From Thermoleophilia bacterium (GTDB taxonomy: Bacteria; Actinomycetota; Thermoleophilia; Miltoncostaeales; Miltoncostaeaceae): DNA of 64,000 nucleotides. Under the pieces are notes generated by a model that did not search any database, was not told where the DNA came from, and worked only from the letters and a program-made list of their open reading frames with translations. The stretch lies in NCBI GenBank assembly GCA_009694365.1, contig SHVE01000005.1, forward strand, positions 20,175 through 84,174, written 5' to 3'. Every line of letters starts with the position of its first letter. Position 1 is the stretch's first letter. A program made the position numbers and the translations under genes. Shown here piece after piece: positions 1-9,664 of this stretch.

Positions 1-252
1 GTGTCGCCGAAGGCCCCGGTGCACCTGCTGGTGATCCCCGAACGCCATGTCACCTCGATTGCGGGGATCGACGGTTTGGACGACGACGAGAAGGTGGCAA
101 TGCTCGATGTGATCACGGCCGTGGCCCGCGAACACGGGCTGGAGGCCACCGGGTACCGCGTGACCACCAACCATGGGGCGGATGGTCGGCAGAGCGTGTT
201 CCACTTGCACTGGCATGTGATGGGCGGCGCCCCGCTATCGGAGAGCATGTGA
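1..252 (+). CDS. HIT-family (histidine triad) protein, C-terminal part; the 5' end lies outside the window
   Basis: The ORF is open at the window edge. C-terminal HLHWHVMGG is the HxHxHxx histidine-triad motif. The stop lies next to the phoH start. Confidence 0.8.
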   Translation: MSPKAPVHLLVIPERHVTSIAGIDGLDDDEKVAMLDVITAVAREHGLEATGYRVTTNHGADGRQSVFHLHWHVMGGAPLSESM

Positions 253-1214
253 GCGAACGCACCATCGAGGTGGCCGATCACGTGGCCATGGAACTCGCAG
301 GGGCGCACGACGTCGTCCTCCAAGCGCTGGAGGATCGCCTGAAGGTTGATATCAGCCTGAGGGGGAACCGCATCGTGCTCTCGGGCGACGGCAACCGGGT
401 CGAGTGTGCCGCCGCCGTCATCGATGAACTCGCCCGCCTCGCGGACTCCGGGCGCACGCTGGCACCCACCATGATCGAGGCCGTGGCATCGGCCGTCGAA
501 CAGGCCGGGCGCCCCGATGTGCTGTTGGGCGATGTGGTGTGGCGCCATCGCCAGCGCAGCATCACCCCCACCACCGCGGGGCAGAAGGCATATGTGGACG
601 CCATTCGGACCAACACGATCACGTTCGGAATCGGTCCCGCCGGTACCGGCAAGACCTACCTTGCCGTCGCGCTCGCCACCGCCGCGCTCGCGCGCCGGGA
701 AGTGGGCCGCATCATTCTTACGCGGCCGGCCGTGGAAGCGGGGGAGAAACTGGGATTCCTGCCCGGCGACATCGCGGCGAAGGTGGATCCGTACCTGCGC
801 CCGCTGTTCGACGCCATGCACGACATGCTCGACGCCGATCGCGCCCAGCAGTACCTCGAGCGCGGGCAGATCGAGGTGGCGCCTCTGGCGTTCATGCGTG
901 GGCGCACGCTCAACGACTCCTTCATCATCCTCGACGAGGCCCAGAACACCACGGTCGAGCAGATGAAGATGTTCCTCACACGCCTCGGGTTCGGATCCAC
1001 CGTGGTCGTGACGGGGGATATCACGCAGGTGGACCTGCCCCGTGAGCGCCGGTCCGGGCTCGCTGACATCGAGCGTGTGCTCGGGGGCATCCCGGGGATC
1101 GGGGTTGTGAGGTTCACCAAGGACGACGTCGTGCGGCACAAACTTGTGCAGAGCATTGTGGAGGCCTACCGGGTACATGAGGAGGGGGAGAACCCATGGA
1201 GCGATGCACCATGA
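249..1214 (+). CDS. phoH: PhoH-like ATPase
   Basis: Walker A GPAGTGKTY, ILDEAQN and TGDITQVDL motifs. The GTG start overlaps the HIT stop region. phoH-ybeY-era order is conserved. Confidence 0.9.
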   Translation: MSERTIEVADHVAMELAGAHDVVLQALEDRLKVDISLRGNRIVLSGDGNRVECAAAVIDELARLADSGRTLAPTMIEAVASAVEQAGRPDVLLGDVVWRHRQRSITPTTAGQKAYVDAIRTNTITFGIGPAGTGKTYLAVALATAALARREVGRIILTRPAVEAGEKLGFLPGDIAAKVDPYLRPLFDAMHDMLDADRAQQYLERGQIEVAPLAFMRGRTLNDSFIILDEAQNTTVEQMKMFLTRLGFGSTVVVTGDITQVDLPRERRSGLADIERVLGGIPGIGVVRFTKDDVVRHKLVQSIVEAYRVHEEGENPWSDAP

Positions 1215-1627
1215 TCGACGTCGTCGCGCGCCTCGGGGACGGGGCCACCGCGGTGCGGCTGGAACAACTCGCCGAGACGGCGCGGTTCACGTGCGCCCAC
1301 TTGGGTGTGGAACGCGCCAGCGTGGGGTTGGTAATCACCTCACCGGCGGAGATGGCGCAGATCAACGCGCAGTACCGTGACATGCCCGAACCCACGGATG
1401 TGCTCTCCTTCCCCGTGGACGGACCCGAGGCACTCGACTGGCCGTCGGGCGGCCCACCGCCCGAACTCGGGGACGTTCTCATCTGCCCCGAGGCGTCCAC
1501 CGATCCCCTCGATGTGTTGGTAGTACACGGGGTGTTACACCTGCTCGGGTACGACCACGAGGTGGACGACGGCGAGATGCTCGCCCTGCAGGCCCAGATC
1601 GTTGCCGCCCGCGAGGCGCGCGGATGA
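1196..1627 (+). CDS. ybeY: Endoribonuclease YbeY (rRNA maturation)
   Basis: HGVLHLLGYDH zinc-binding motif. Lies between phoH and era. The start could be 1196 or the ATG at 1211. Confidence 0.85.
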   Translation: MERCTMIDVVARLGDGATAVRLEQLAETARFTCAHLGVERASVGLVITSPAEMAQINAQYRDMPEPTDVLSFPVDGPEALDWPSGGPPPELGDVLICPEASTDPLDVLVVHGVLHLLGYDHEVDDGEMLALQAQIVAAREARG

Positions 1628-2508
1628 CCCATCTTCGGTCGGGTCTGGTGGCCATCGCGGGTCGCCCCAACGTTGGCAAGTCCACCCTCGCGAACTGTCT
1701 CGCCGGGGCCCATGTGGCCGCCGTGAGTCCGCGGCCTCAGACCACACGTCGTCGCGTACTGGCAGTGGCCCGTGGCGAGGGGTGGCAGGCCGTGCTGCTC
1801 GACCTCCCCGGGTTCCAGCGCCCCGCCGATCGCCTGACCGAACGGATGCAGGACACCGTGGATCGCACGGTCACCGAGACCGACGCCGTGCTGTTCGTGC
1901 TCAACGCGTCGGAGGAGGTGGGGAAGGGCGACCGGTTCATCGCCGAGCGCCTCGTTGCCAGCGGCCTCCCCGTGGTGATCGTGGTCAATCAGGTGGACGT
2001 GGTGGATGCCAAGCGCATTGCCGAGGTCATCGCCCGTGCCGCCGAGCTGGTACCGACCTTCCACGCGATTCATCCGGTGAGTGCCCTCACCGGTGACGGC
2101 GTCGACGGTTTGCGGGCCGAGTTCCCGTTGCTGTTGCCCGAGGGCCCCGCGTACTTCCCCGACGGTGTCGTCACGGACCAGACCCACGAGGAGATGGCGG
2201 CGGAGATGATCCGCGAGGCTGCCATCCAACGCCTACGCGACGAGGTGCCGCACGCCCTCGCCGTTCACGTGGAAACCATCAGCCCCGCCAAGACCGGCAT
2301 TCGGGTGGAGGCCTACATCCTCGTGGAGGCCGACTCCCAGAAGGGCATCGTGGTGGGCAAGGGCGGGACCCTGATCCGCGACATCGGCATCCAGGCCCGG
2401 CACGTGCTGTCCGAGGCATGGGACCAGCCGGTGCACCTCGACCTCCAAGTGAAGGTGCGAAAGCGCTGGCGCCGTGACGACGCGATGCTGGACCGTTTGG
2501 GCCTGTAG
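1624..2508 (+). CDS. era: GTPase Era
   Basis: G1 GRPNVGKST, G3 DLPG, G4 NQVD and a C-terminal KH-like region. ATGA overlap with the ybeY stop. Confidence 0.92.
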   Translation: MTHLRSGLVAIAGRPNVGKSTLANCLAGAHVAAVSPRPQTTRRRVLAVARGEGWQAVLLDLPGFQRPADRLTERMQDTVDRTVTETDAVLFVLNASEEVGKGDRFIAERLVASGLPVVIVVNQVDVVDAKRIAEVIARAAELVPTFHAIHPVSALTGDGVDGLRAEFPLLLPEGPAYFPDGVVTDQTHEEMAAEMIREAAIQRLRDEVPHALAVHVETISPAKTGIRVEAYILVEADSQKGIVVGKGGTLIRDIGIQARHVLSEAWDQPVHLDLQVKVRKRWRRDDAMLDRLGL

Positions 2509-2517
2509 CCGTGGCGA

Positions 2518-2636
2518 CCGGTGTCAGACACCTGACAATTGGTGGGGGCACTGCCCGCTGGCCCCCGGTGTCGGACACCGGTTTTCCGGCCGCTCCGGTG
2601 TCCGCCCCCGGTGTCTGACCCATAACAATTGGGTGG
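2518..2636. repeat. Cluster of four CCGGTGTC-containing motifs. Two are perfect GGTGTC-N-GACACC palindromes, and there are two copies of ACAATTGG(G)TGG.
   Basis: CCGGTGTCAGACACC at 2518-2532. CCGGTGTCGGACACCGG (17-bp perfect palindrome) at 2565-2581. CCGGTGTCC at 2595-2603. CCGGTGTCTGACC at 2608-2620. CAATTG at 2536-2541 and 2626-2631. Confidence 0.7.
2565..2585 (+). terminator. Possible intrinsic terminator after era
   Basis: Palindrome CCGGTGTC-G-GACACCGG is followed by a TTTT tract, 57 nt after the era stop. The formal loop is very tight, so this is a weak call. Confidence 0.3.
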
Positions 2637-3183
2637 CTATGGTGGTCCTCGGAGCGCGTCCCGGTTGGTGATTCGGCTCGGTACTACACTGCGCGGCCAT
2701 GCCGACATGTCCCTCCACGGGCGCCTGTTGAGGGCTCGCGAGTTCGCGACGGGCGCCGATGTCACCATCGCCTGGGCGAAAGTGACGCCCGCTCTCCCGG
2801 TGTCCGTTCGTGGCGCGCGTGATCCCGACGCGGTTATCGGTATTTCGGCGTTGTCGTTCGGACGCATCGGCAGTCCCCAGGCCGACCGAGGTGCTCTGGT
2901 GGAAGCCTCATTCCTCCGGGAGCGCCCTCTGAGAGGTGGCGGTCCGGTGGTGGGCGTGGCCGGTGCCGGTGTCGCGACGACGACCACCGGTCCCCGCGCG
3001 GATGCCCGTGGACAGGATGGGGCGATCATGCGGCCCCTGCTGTCCGCCGCGGTGAACATCACCACCACCGGGGGAGTTGACGCTCTCAATCTCATTCCCG
3101 CACTGCTCAATGCAGGAGCGCAGCGGGTGGCGACGAACGCCGCTCCCGTGACGGTGGAACCCCGCATGGGCGTGGCGGCATGA
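2629..3183 (+). pseudogene. hisF-like relic: N-terminally truncated and degenerate imidazole glycerol phosphate synthase cyclase subunit
   Basis: The translation is colinear, at a roughly constant offset of about 80 residues, with HisF landmarks as I recall them from T. maritima: GAD; AV(I/V)xI-x-A; GAG; xxTTGG (for IASGG); AGA. The active-site Asp of the AIDA strand reads ISA. The first ~55-60 codons are absent. The available era-hisI gap is shorter than a full hisF. The stop overlaps the hisIE start (ATGA). Third-position GC looks lower than in neighbouring genes. Confidence 0.5.
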
Positions 3184-3833
3184 GTGCGCCCCACGGGGAC
3201 GACGCGGTGGCGGGTGTTCGCTTCGACGAGAGTGGCCTCGTTCCGGCCATCGTGCAGGACGCCCGGACCGGATGCGTTCTGACGCTGGCGTGGATGAATG
3301 CCGAGTCGCTCCGTCGAACGCGGGACACCGGTGAGACGTGGTTTTGGAGCCGTTCCCGCGGCGAGCTGTGGCACAAGGGCGAGACCAGCGGCAACACTCA
3401 GACCGTGACGGCCGTGGCCACCGACTGCGACGACGACGCCATCCTTGTGTCGGTACACCCGGCGGGACCCGCCTGTCACACCGGTGAGGAGACTTGCTTC
3501 CACGTGCCCATGTCCGGAGACGCCCCCACCGCGGCCCGTCCGTTCGCCGTCCTGCCCGACCTCGAGGCGATCATCCGCCAACGTGCGGCCGATGCCGACC
3601 CCACGTCGTCGTATACCGCCTCGCTCATCGCCCGCGGCATCGACACGATGTGCAAGAAGGTCGGTGAGGAGGCCACCGAGGTGGCCATCGCCGCCAAGGG
3701 CGGCGAGCGGGACCAACTGATCTATGAGAGCGCCGACCTTCTGTACCACCTCGTGGTGCTGTGGCAGCATCTAGATGTACGCTTGGAGGACGTTGCCGAG
3801 GAGCTCGCCTCCCGCATGCGGGACACGGCGTGA
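3180..3833 (+). CDS. hisIE: Bifunctional phosphoribosyl-AMP cyclohydrolase / phosphoribosyl-ATP pyrophosphatase
   Basis: N-terminal HisI region (LVPAIVQD...TLAWMN...[16 protein letters not shown]) plus a C-terminal HisE-like region ([11 protein letters not shown]...[12 protein letters not shown]). Confidence 0.9.
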   Translation: MSAPHGDDAVAGVRFDESGLVPAIVQDARTGCVLTLAWMNAESLRRTRDTGETWFWSRSRGELWHKGETSGNTQTVTAVATDCDDDAILVSVHPAGPACHTGEETCFHVPMSGDAPTAARPFAVLPDLEAIIRQRAADADPTSSYTASLIARGIDTMCKKVGEEATEVAIAAKGGERDQLIYESADLLYHLVVLWQHLDVRLEDVAEELASRMRDTA

Positions 3834-5362
3834 CCACCCTTCGCATCGATGTTCCGGACCGCCCGGCGCCCGGCGAGGTGCCCGTGACCCCGTCGCTCGA
3901 CCAGGTGCGCGACCTCGCGGGGACCTACCGGCAGGTGCCCGTCGTCCACACGTATCTGGATGATCTGGGCACGCCGGTGAGTGCCATCCTCAAGCTCCGC
4001 GGCAACGGACCGTGCTTTCTGCTCGAGTCTGCCGAGGAGGGCCAGCGGCTGGGGCGGTACTCGATGATCGGAATCGACCCGCAGGCCGTGGTCCGTGCCG
4101 AGGCTGGACGCGTGGTGATGCGTCGCTCCGATGGCTCGGAGCAGGACCTCGACCCCTCTGATCCGTTCGGCGCTGTCCAGTCTCTGGTGGACGACATGGC
4201 CATGGCGCCGCCGTCGGAGCCCCTCGCGTTCTGGGGGGGTGCCGTGGGCTTCTTCGGCTACGACCTCGTGCGCACGGTGGAGCACCTCCCCGCGGTGCCC
4301 ACCGACGACCTCGGCATTCCCGACATGGTCATGATGGTGACCGGCCCGGTGGTGCTGTTCGACCACCTGCGTCGTTCGACCACCGTCATCGTTCCGTGCG
4401 CCGTGGGGGCGGACACCGATCCCGGTCCCGCGTACGCGGGCGCCATTGACGCAATTGCCGCCATCAAGCGCACGCTCAAGGGTCCGGTTCCGGATGCCGT
4501 CCGGTCGGATCCCGCCGCGATCGGTCCGGTGCAGAGCACCATTACGCGCGAGGGGTTTCATACCGCCGTCGAGACGGTACGTGACTACATCTTTGCGGGG
4601 GATGCGTTCCAAGTGGTACCGAGCCAGCGCTTCTCGGCCACCGTGGGCCTCGACCCGCTCACCGTCTACCGCGGCCTCCGCACGGTCAATCCGTCCCCCT
4701 ACATGTTCTACATCGACTGCGGTGATGTGCAACTGGTCGGATCGTCACCCGAGATGCTCGTGAAGGTGACCGACGGCGTGGTGGAGACCCGACCCATCGC
4801 GGGCACGCGCCCACGCGGAGCGGACCGCGCCGAGGACCTAAAACTGGCTGCGGAACTCCTGGCGGACCCCAAGGAGCGCGCCGAGCACGTGATGTTGGTG
4901 GACCTCGGACGAAATGACCTCGGCCGCGTCTGCCGGCCGGGCAGCGTGCGGGTGAAGGACCTCATGGTGGTCGAGTACTACAGCCACGTCATGCACATCG
5001 AGAGCAGCGTGGTCGGCACGCTGGCGGAGGGACGCCGGGCCGTGGATGCGCTACGCGCCACGTTCCCAGCCGGCACGCTGTCGGGCGCCCCCAAGGTCCG
5101 CGCCATGGAGATCATCGACGAACTCGAATCTACCAAACGTGGCCCCTACGGCGGAGCGGTGGGGTACATCGGCTGGAACGGCGACCTCGACACCTGCATC
5201 ACCATCCGCACCATCGTGTGCGCGGGTGGTCGGTGCCACGTTCAGGCCGGGGCGGGCGTGGTCGCCGACTCCGATCCCGACTCCGAGTACGAGGAGACCC
5301 AGCGTAAGGCGGCGGGCATGTTCCGGGCCATCGAGGTGGCGGCGCAGCAGGAGGACTGGTGA
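3830..5362 (+). CDS. trpE: Anthranilate synthase component I
   Basis: Chorismate-binding signatures ([38 protein letters not shown]). The preferred start is the GTG at 3830, which overlaps the hisIE stop (GTGA). The longer ORF from 3761 would overlap hisIE. Confidence 0.9.
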   Translation: MTTLRIDVPDRPAPGEVPVTPSLDQVRDLAGTYRQVPVVHTYLDDLGTPVSAILKLRGNGPCFLLESAEEGQRLGRYSMIGIDPQAVVRAEAGRVVMRRSDGSEQDLDPSDPFGAVQSLVDDMAMAPPSEPLAFWGGAVGFFGYDLVRTVEHLPAVPTDDLGIPDMVMMVTGPVVLFDHLRRSTTVIVPCAVGADTDPGPAYAGAIDAIAAIKRTLKGPVPDAVRSDPAAIGPVQSTITREGFHTAVETVRDYIFAGDAFQVVPSQRFSATVGLDPLTVYRGLRTVNPSPYMFYIDCGDVQLVGSSPEMLVKVTDGVVETRPIAGTRPRGADRAEDLKLAAELLADPKERAEHVMLVDLGRNDLGRVCRPGSVRVKDLMVVEYYSHVMHIESSVVGTLAEGRRAVDALRATFPAGTLSGAPKVRAMEIIDELESTKRGPYGGAVGYIGWNGDLDTCITIRTIVCAGGRCHVQAGAGVVADSDPDSEYEETQRKAAGMFRAIEVAAQQEDW

Positions 5363-5940
5363 GCACTCCGCACGTCGTCATCGTCGACAACTACGACTCG
5401 TTTACGTACAACCTGTTCCAGTACCTAGCGGAACTCGGCGCGAAGGTGGATGTGCACCGGCACGACCGGATCACGGTGGACGGCATCCGCGATCTACACC
5501 CCACACATGTGGTCATCTCCCCGGGACCCAAAACGCCTGACGAAGCGGGTATCTCGCTCGACGTCATCCGCGAGATGGCCGGTGAGGTGCCAATCCTCGG
5601 TGTGTGTCTGGGGCATCAGGCCATCGGGCAGGCCTTCGGCGGCGATGTCGTTCGCGGCCGGGAGCCGGTACACGGTAAGACCAGCGAGATCCAGCACGAC
5701 GGCCGCACCGTGTTCGCCGGGCTCCCCGAGCCCATGACGGCCACGCGGTACCACTCGTTGGTCGTGGACCCCGCCACGCTTCCCGATGTGCTCGAGGTAT
5801 CGGCCTGGTGCGACGGCGACGTCATTATGGGTCTGCGCCACCGCCACCTTCCGGTCGAGGGTGTGCAGTTCCATCCCGAGTCCATCCTGACTGAGGAGGG
5901 CCGGGCCCTCCTCGCAAACTTCTTGGGGCTCTCCGTATGA
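5359..5940 (+). CDS. trpG: Anthranilate synthase component II (glutamine amidotransferase)
   Basis: Class-I GATase motifs: GVCLGHQ catalytic Cys and FHPES. The start overlaps the trpE stop. Confidence 0.9.
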   Translation: MSTPHVVIVDNYDSFTYNLFQYLAELGAKVDVHRHDRITVDGIRDLHPTHVVISPGPKTPDEAGISLDVIREMAGEVPILGVCLGHQAIGQAFGGDVVRGREPVHGKTSEIQHDGRTVFAGLPEPMTATRYHSLVVDPATLPDVLEVSAWCDGDVIMGLRHRHLPVEGVQFHPESILTEEGRALLANFLGLSV

Positions 5941-6986
5941 CGCCCGACCCGGTGCTCACTGAGACCCTCGAGCGGCTCCTTAAGGGGGAGGACCTCGGAC
6001 GCGAGGGAGCCGCGCGTGCCGTGGGGGCGATCATGGGCGGTGAGGTGGCGGACGCCCAGATCGCGGGGTTCCTCATCGCACTGCGGGCAAAGGGGGAGAC
6101 CACTGCCGAACTCGCCGGTATGGCCCAGGCGGTACGGGAGCGCGCCGAGACGGTCGTCGTTGCCGACCCCGATCGCATTGTCGACACGTGTGGCACGGGC
6201 GGCGGGCCGTCCACGGTCAACGTCTCCACCGGAGCGGCGTTTGTTGCCGCCGGTGCGGGTGCGCGGGTGGCGAAGCACGGTAACCGCGCGGTCACCTCGG
6301 CCTGTGGCAGCGCGGACGTGCTCGAGGCGCTCGGCGCGCGCGTGGACCTCTCCGCCCATGCCGTTGCCGAGTGCATCGACGAGGTCGGGGTCGGCTTCAT
6401 GTTCGCCCCCACGCATCACCCCGCATTCCGCCACGTGGGGCCGGTTCGTCGGGATCTCGGTGTCCGCACGGCGTTCAACCTCGTCGGCCCGCTCGCCAAT
6501 CCCGCCGCCGCCCGGCGTCAGGTGATCGGTGTCTTCGACGAGGCCTATCTCGAGCGGATCGCAGGGGTGCTTTCGGCGCTCGGGTCTGAGCATGGCCTCG
6601 TGGTACGCGGACGCGATGGACTCGACGAGATCTCCACCGCCGCGCCAACGGACGCGGTGAGAGTGGATGGACCGTCGCTGAGCACGTTGGTCATCAATCC
6701 GGCGGGCCTTGGAATCGCGCGTCCCCGCGACGGTGCTCTTGCCGGGGGTGTACCGGCGGAGAATGCTGCGGCGCTCCGGTCTGCCATCGGTGGCGAGGCG
6801 GGCCCGGTACAGGACATCCTCATCATCAATGCCGGGGCCGCGCTCTGGATGGCCGGGGTCGCGGGCTCGCTTGAGGACGGCATGGCACGGGCGGAGGATG
6901 CCATCAGGTCGGGTGCCGCGATCGACCGTCTGGACGCGTTCGTGCAGGCGACCGTGCGCCTCGCTTCCCGTGAGGTCCCCGCGTGA
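5937..6986 (+). CDS. trpD: Anthranilate phosphoribosyltransferase
   Basis: [13 protein letters not shown] and KHGNRAVTS motifs. ATGA overlap with trpG. Confidence 0.9.
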   Translation: MTPDPVLTETLERLLKGEDLGREGAARAVGAIMGGEVADAQIAGFLIALRAKGETTAELAGMAQAVRERAETVVVADPDRIVDTCGTGGGPSTVNVSTGAAFVAAGAGARVAKHGNRAVTSACGSADVLEALGARVDLSAHAVAECIDEVGVGFMFAPTHHPAFRHVGPVRRDLGVRTAFNLVGPLANPAAARRQVIGVFDEAYLERIAGVLSALGSEHGLVVRGRDGLDEISTAAPTDAVRVDGPSLSTLVINPAGLGIARPRDGALAGGVPAENAAALRSAIGGEAGPVQDILIINAGAALWMAGVAGSLEDGMARAEDAIRSGAAIDRLDAFVQATVRLASREVPA

Positions 6987-7777
6987 TCGAGACTTTCCTC
7001 GATCGGGTGGTGGAGCGCACCCGGGCCGATCTTGCCGCGCGTAAGGCCGCGGTGCCCCTGGAGCGCCTCGAGGAGCGTCTCGGACCGCCCCGCCGTGGAC
7101 GCCCGTTCTCGGAGGCCCTCGTGGGGGAGGGGATCGCGCTAATCGCCGAGATGAAGCGGGCGAGCCCGTCACAGGGCCCCATTCGGCCCGACGCCAGCGT
7201 CCGCCAGATCGTGCGGGCCTATGAGGCCGCCGGTGCGTCGGCGTGCTCCGTTCTCACCGAGCCCCACTGGTTCGGTGGCTCACTGGACGATCTGGTGGAG
7301 GCCCGGGCGGCATGCGACCTGCCGCTCCTCCGTAAGGACTTCATCATCGATCCCTACCAGTTGGTGGAGGCCCGGATTGCCGGAGCCGATGCCGTCCTGC
7401 TCATCGTGGCCGCGCTCACACGGGACGAGATCACGTCCCTGTACGACCGTGCCGACGAGCTCGGCATGGATTGCCTGGTAGAGGTTCACGACGAGGACGA
7501 GATGGCGATCGCCGTCGAGTGCGGCATGGAGATCATCGGCGTGAACAACCGCAATCTTCAGACGCTTGAGGTGGATACCGGCACGGCCCTCCGGCTGCTG
7601 GTGGACGCCCCTGCCGGCACCATCGTCGTGGCGGAGTCGGGGATCGCCTCGAACGACGACGTTCAGCGCCTTGAGGAGTCGGGGGTGGACGCGATTCTGG
7701 TGGGCGAGGTCCTCATGCGCCACGACGACCCGGCCGCCGCCGTCCACGCCCTGCTTCGGACCCGGACCTCCGAGTGA
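6983..7777 (+). CDS. trpC: Indole-3-glycerol phosphate synthase
   Basis: IAEMKRASPSQG, LRKDFIIDPYQ and GVNNRNL motifs. The start overlaps the trpD stop. Confidence 0.9.
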   Translation: MIETFLDRVVERTRADLAARKAAVPLERLEERLGPPRRGRPFSEALVGEGIALIAEMKRASPSQGPIRPDASVRQIVRAYEAAGASACSVLTEPHWFGGSLDDLVEARAACDLPLLRKDFIIDPYQLVEARIAGADAVLLIVAALTRDEITSLYDRADELGMDCLVEVHDEDEMAIAVECGMEIIGVNNRNLQTLEVDTGTALRLLVDAPAGTIVVAESGIASNDDVQRLEESGVDAILVGEVLMRHDDPAAAVHALLRTRTSE

Positions 7778-9057
7778 CCCTACGGGCGCTCGTCGTGGTG
7801 CCGCTCATTCTGTTGGCCACCGTGAGTGGGGCCGCCGCCGTCCCCGGTGGCACCGTGGAGGTACGGGACGAGACGGGGACACCCGTCGCCACGTTCGGTC
7901 CGTTCGCTCCGGACGCCATCCAAGACGCGGTCGATCGCATCCGGGCGTTCCGTATCCTCGAGACCCGCCCGTGGTCCATCGTGGTGGGAGCGGGTACCTA
8001 CGGCGATGTCGCAGTGGCAACGCCGAACGTGGCAATCGGCGCCGACGCTGCCGCCACCGTCCTTATTACCGGGACGGGGGGCCACGACGACACGGGGGGC
8101 AGGTGCATTGACGTGACGCGCGGTAACGTCGCGATCAGTGGCATCACCTGCTCGGCTCCTACGCAGACCGGCATCACGATTACGCTGCCCAACAGCGAGG
8201 GCGGCGTGGCGCTTCACGCCTGCACGGTTGATCGCGCGGGGGTAGACGGTGTGGTGGTCACGGGCGGCCGGGGTGTCGTGCTCGATGGCCTCACCATCAC
8301 ATCGCCCGGTCGTGACGGCATCCGCCTCACGGCCCTCACTACCTCGGGCGCCCACGTCGTGACCGGTGGGTCCATTACGGGTGCGGGACGGGACGGCCTC
8401 CGGCTCGTGGACGACATCCGCGGTTTGCAGGTCACCGGACTGGCCGTGGTGGGAAGCACGGGGTACGGCATCGCCACCGAGGACGCCGGCAACTCCGACG
8501 CCACCCTCACCGGGGTCACGATCACGCGAAGCGGACGGGACGGCGTCATTATCGGCGGTGGAAGCCTACGGATCGCGATTCGGTCGTCCACCATCACCCG
8601 CAACGCTGGTGCCGGTGTGCGTCTCGCCGGTGCCAGCGGGATCGTGCTCGCCGACATCCCACTCAACGGATCGAATGCGGGTGGAGACATCGTGTTCACG
8701 TCGCATTCTCGTACCGGTGGCTCGTACACCGGGTTCCGTGCGGAGGGTGGCCCGTTCGCGCTCGTGGGCGAGCCCAACGCTGTGCGAATCTCCGGCGTTC
8801 CTCCCGCACGGGCCGGAATTCTTGCCGGGGCTGTCACGGGCCAAACCCGCTCCGGAGCCGCCGTTCTCGTGGCATCCACGGCGCGGGTGTCGTCGCGACG
8901 GGTCAGACTGAGCTTCCCAGTGGGGTCCGCCGTGTACCGCAAAGCCGGGTCGTGGCTCAACCTCGCCGGCAGCAGGCGCCTCGCGGTGGGAGTCCAAGTG
9001 ATCCTCGGCACCTCACAGCTCGGAACTGCGAGCACCGCGTATGCCCCCTTCGGTTGA
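7774..9057 (+). CDS. Secreted protein with right-handed parallel beta-helix-like repeats
   Basis: N-terminal signal-like LILLATVSGAAAVPG. Periodic G-(I/V)-x-(I/L/V)...G...(I/V)xG repeats (GITITL, GVVVTGGRGVVLDGLTITS, GIRLTAL, GLRLVD, GVIIGGG, GVRLAG). The GTG start overlaps the trpC stop (GTGA). Confidence 0.6.
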   Translation: MTLRALVVVPLILLATVSGAAAVPGGTVEVRDETGTPVATFGPFAPDAIQDAVDRIRAFRILETRPWSIVVGAGTYGDVAVATPNVAIGADAAATVLITGTGGHDDTGGRCIDVTRGNVAISGITCSAPTQTGITITLPNSEGGVALHACTVDRAGVDGVVVTGGRGVVLDGLTITSPGRDGIRLTALTTSGAHVVTGGSITGAGRDGLRLVDDIRGLQVTGLAVVGSTGYGIATEDAGNSDATLTGVTITRSGRDGVIIGGGSLRIAIRSSTITRNAGAGVRLAGASGIVLADIPLNGSNAGGDIVFTSHSRTGGSYTGFRAEGGPFALVGEPNAVRISGVPPARAGILAGAVTGQTRSGAAVLVASTARVSSRRVRLSFPVGSAVYRKAGSWLNLAGSRRLAVGVQVILGTSQLGTASTAYAPFG

Positions 9058-9664
9058 TCTGGACCCACGTGCTGCGGACCTTGTGACGTCTGATCGCCGG
9101 CACCTGATCGGCCTCATCACCGGCGCGGTGGTCGCGGCCCTCGTCATTGCGTTGCTGGTGGTGGGCCTTGCGTTACGGGGGGGGTCCACGGTGATCGACG
9201 ACACGCTGACCGCCGGTGAGCGCCCGCCCGCTCCGTCCCTCACGCTACCCGTGCTCGTGTCCGTACCCGGCTTTCCCCCGGCGGGTCAGGACATGGCGTT
9301 GTCGGACCTCACCGGGCGGGTTGTGGTGCTCAACCTCTGGGCGTCGTGGTGTGGCCCGTGTCGCGACGAGGCGCCCATCCTCGAGAGCACGTGGAACGCG
9401 TTCCGGGACCGATCTGTGGTGGTGCTAGGCATCAACATCCAAGACCTGTCGGACGATGCCCGTGGTTTCATCACGGAGTTCACCATCACGTATCCGTCGC
9501 TTCGCGATGGCAGTGACCGCACCATGGCGGTCCTCGAGGCCACCGGCGTTCCTGAGACCTACCTGCTGGACCGCGCGGGGCGCATCGCCCTGCACATCGC
9601 GGGTCCGATCGGCAGTACCGACCAACTGGCCGCTCCCATCGAGCAGTTGCTGGCGGAGAAGTGA
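9041..9664 (+). CDS. Membrane-anchored TlpA/ResA/CcmG-like thiol:disulfide oxidoreductase
   Basis: N-terminal TM helix and a thioredoxin-fold active site WASWCGPCRDE. Confidence 0.8.
   Translation: MPPSVDLDPRAADLVTSDRRHLIGLITGAVVAALVIALLVVGLALRGGSTVIDDTLTAGERPPAPSLTLPVLVSVPGFPPAGQDMALSDLTGRVVVLNLWASWCGPCRDEAPILESTWNAFRDRSVVVLGINIQDLSDDARGFITEFTITYPSLRDGSDRTMAVLEATGVPETYLLDRAGRIALHIAGPIGSTDQLAAPIEQLLAEK

Noticed and set aside
1114-2229. Long antisense or alternative-frame ORFs are seen throughout the ORF track. Examples: 1114-2229(-), 2637-3770(-), 5616-7172(-), 13792-15504(+), 16135-17931(+), 32449-34290(-), 51833-52954(-), 56341-58146(+) and 60439-61506(-).
   Set aside because: They overlap genes with unambiguous family motifs on the other strand or frame. 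Their translations are Arg/Pro/Gly/His-rich low-complexity strings typical of stop-codon-poor off-frames in high-GC DNA.
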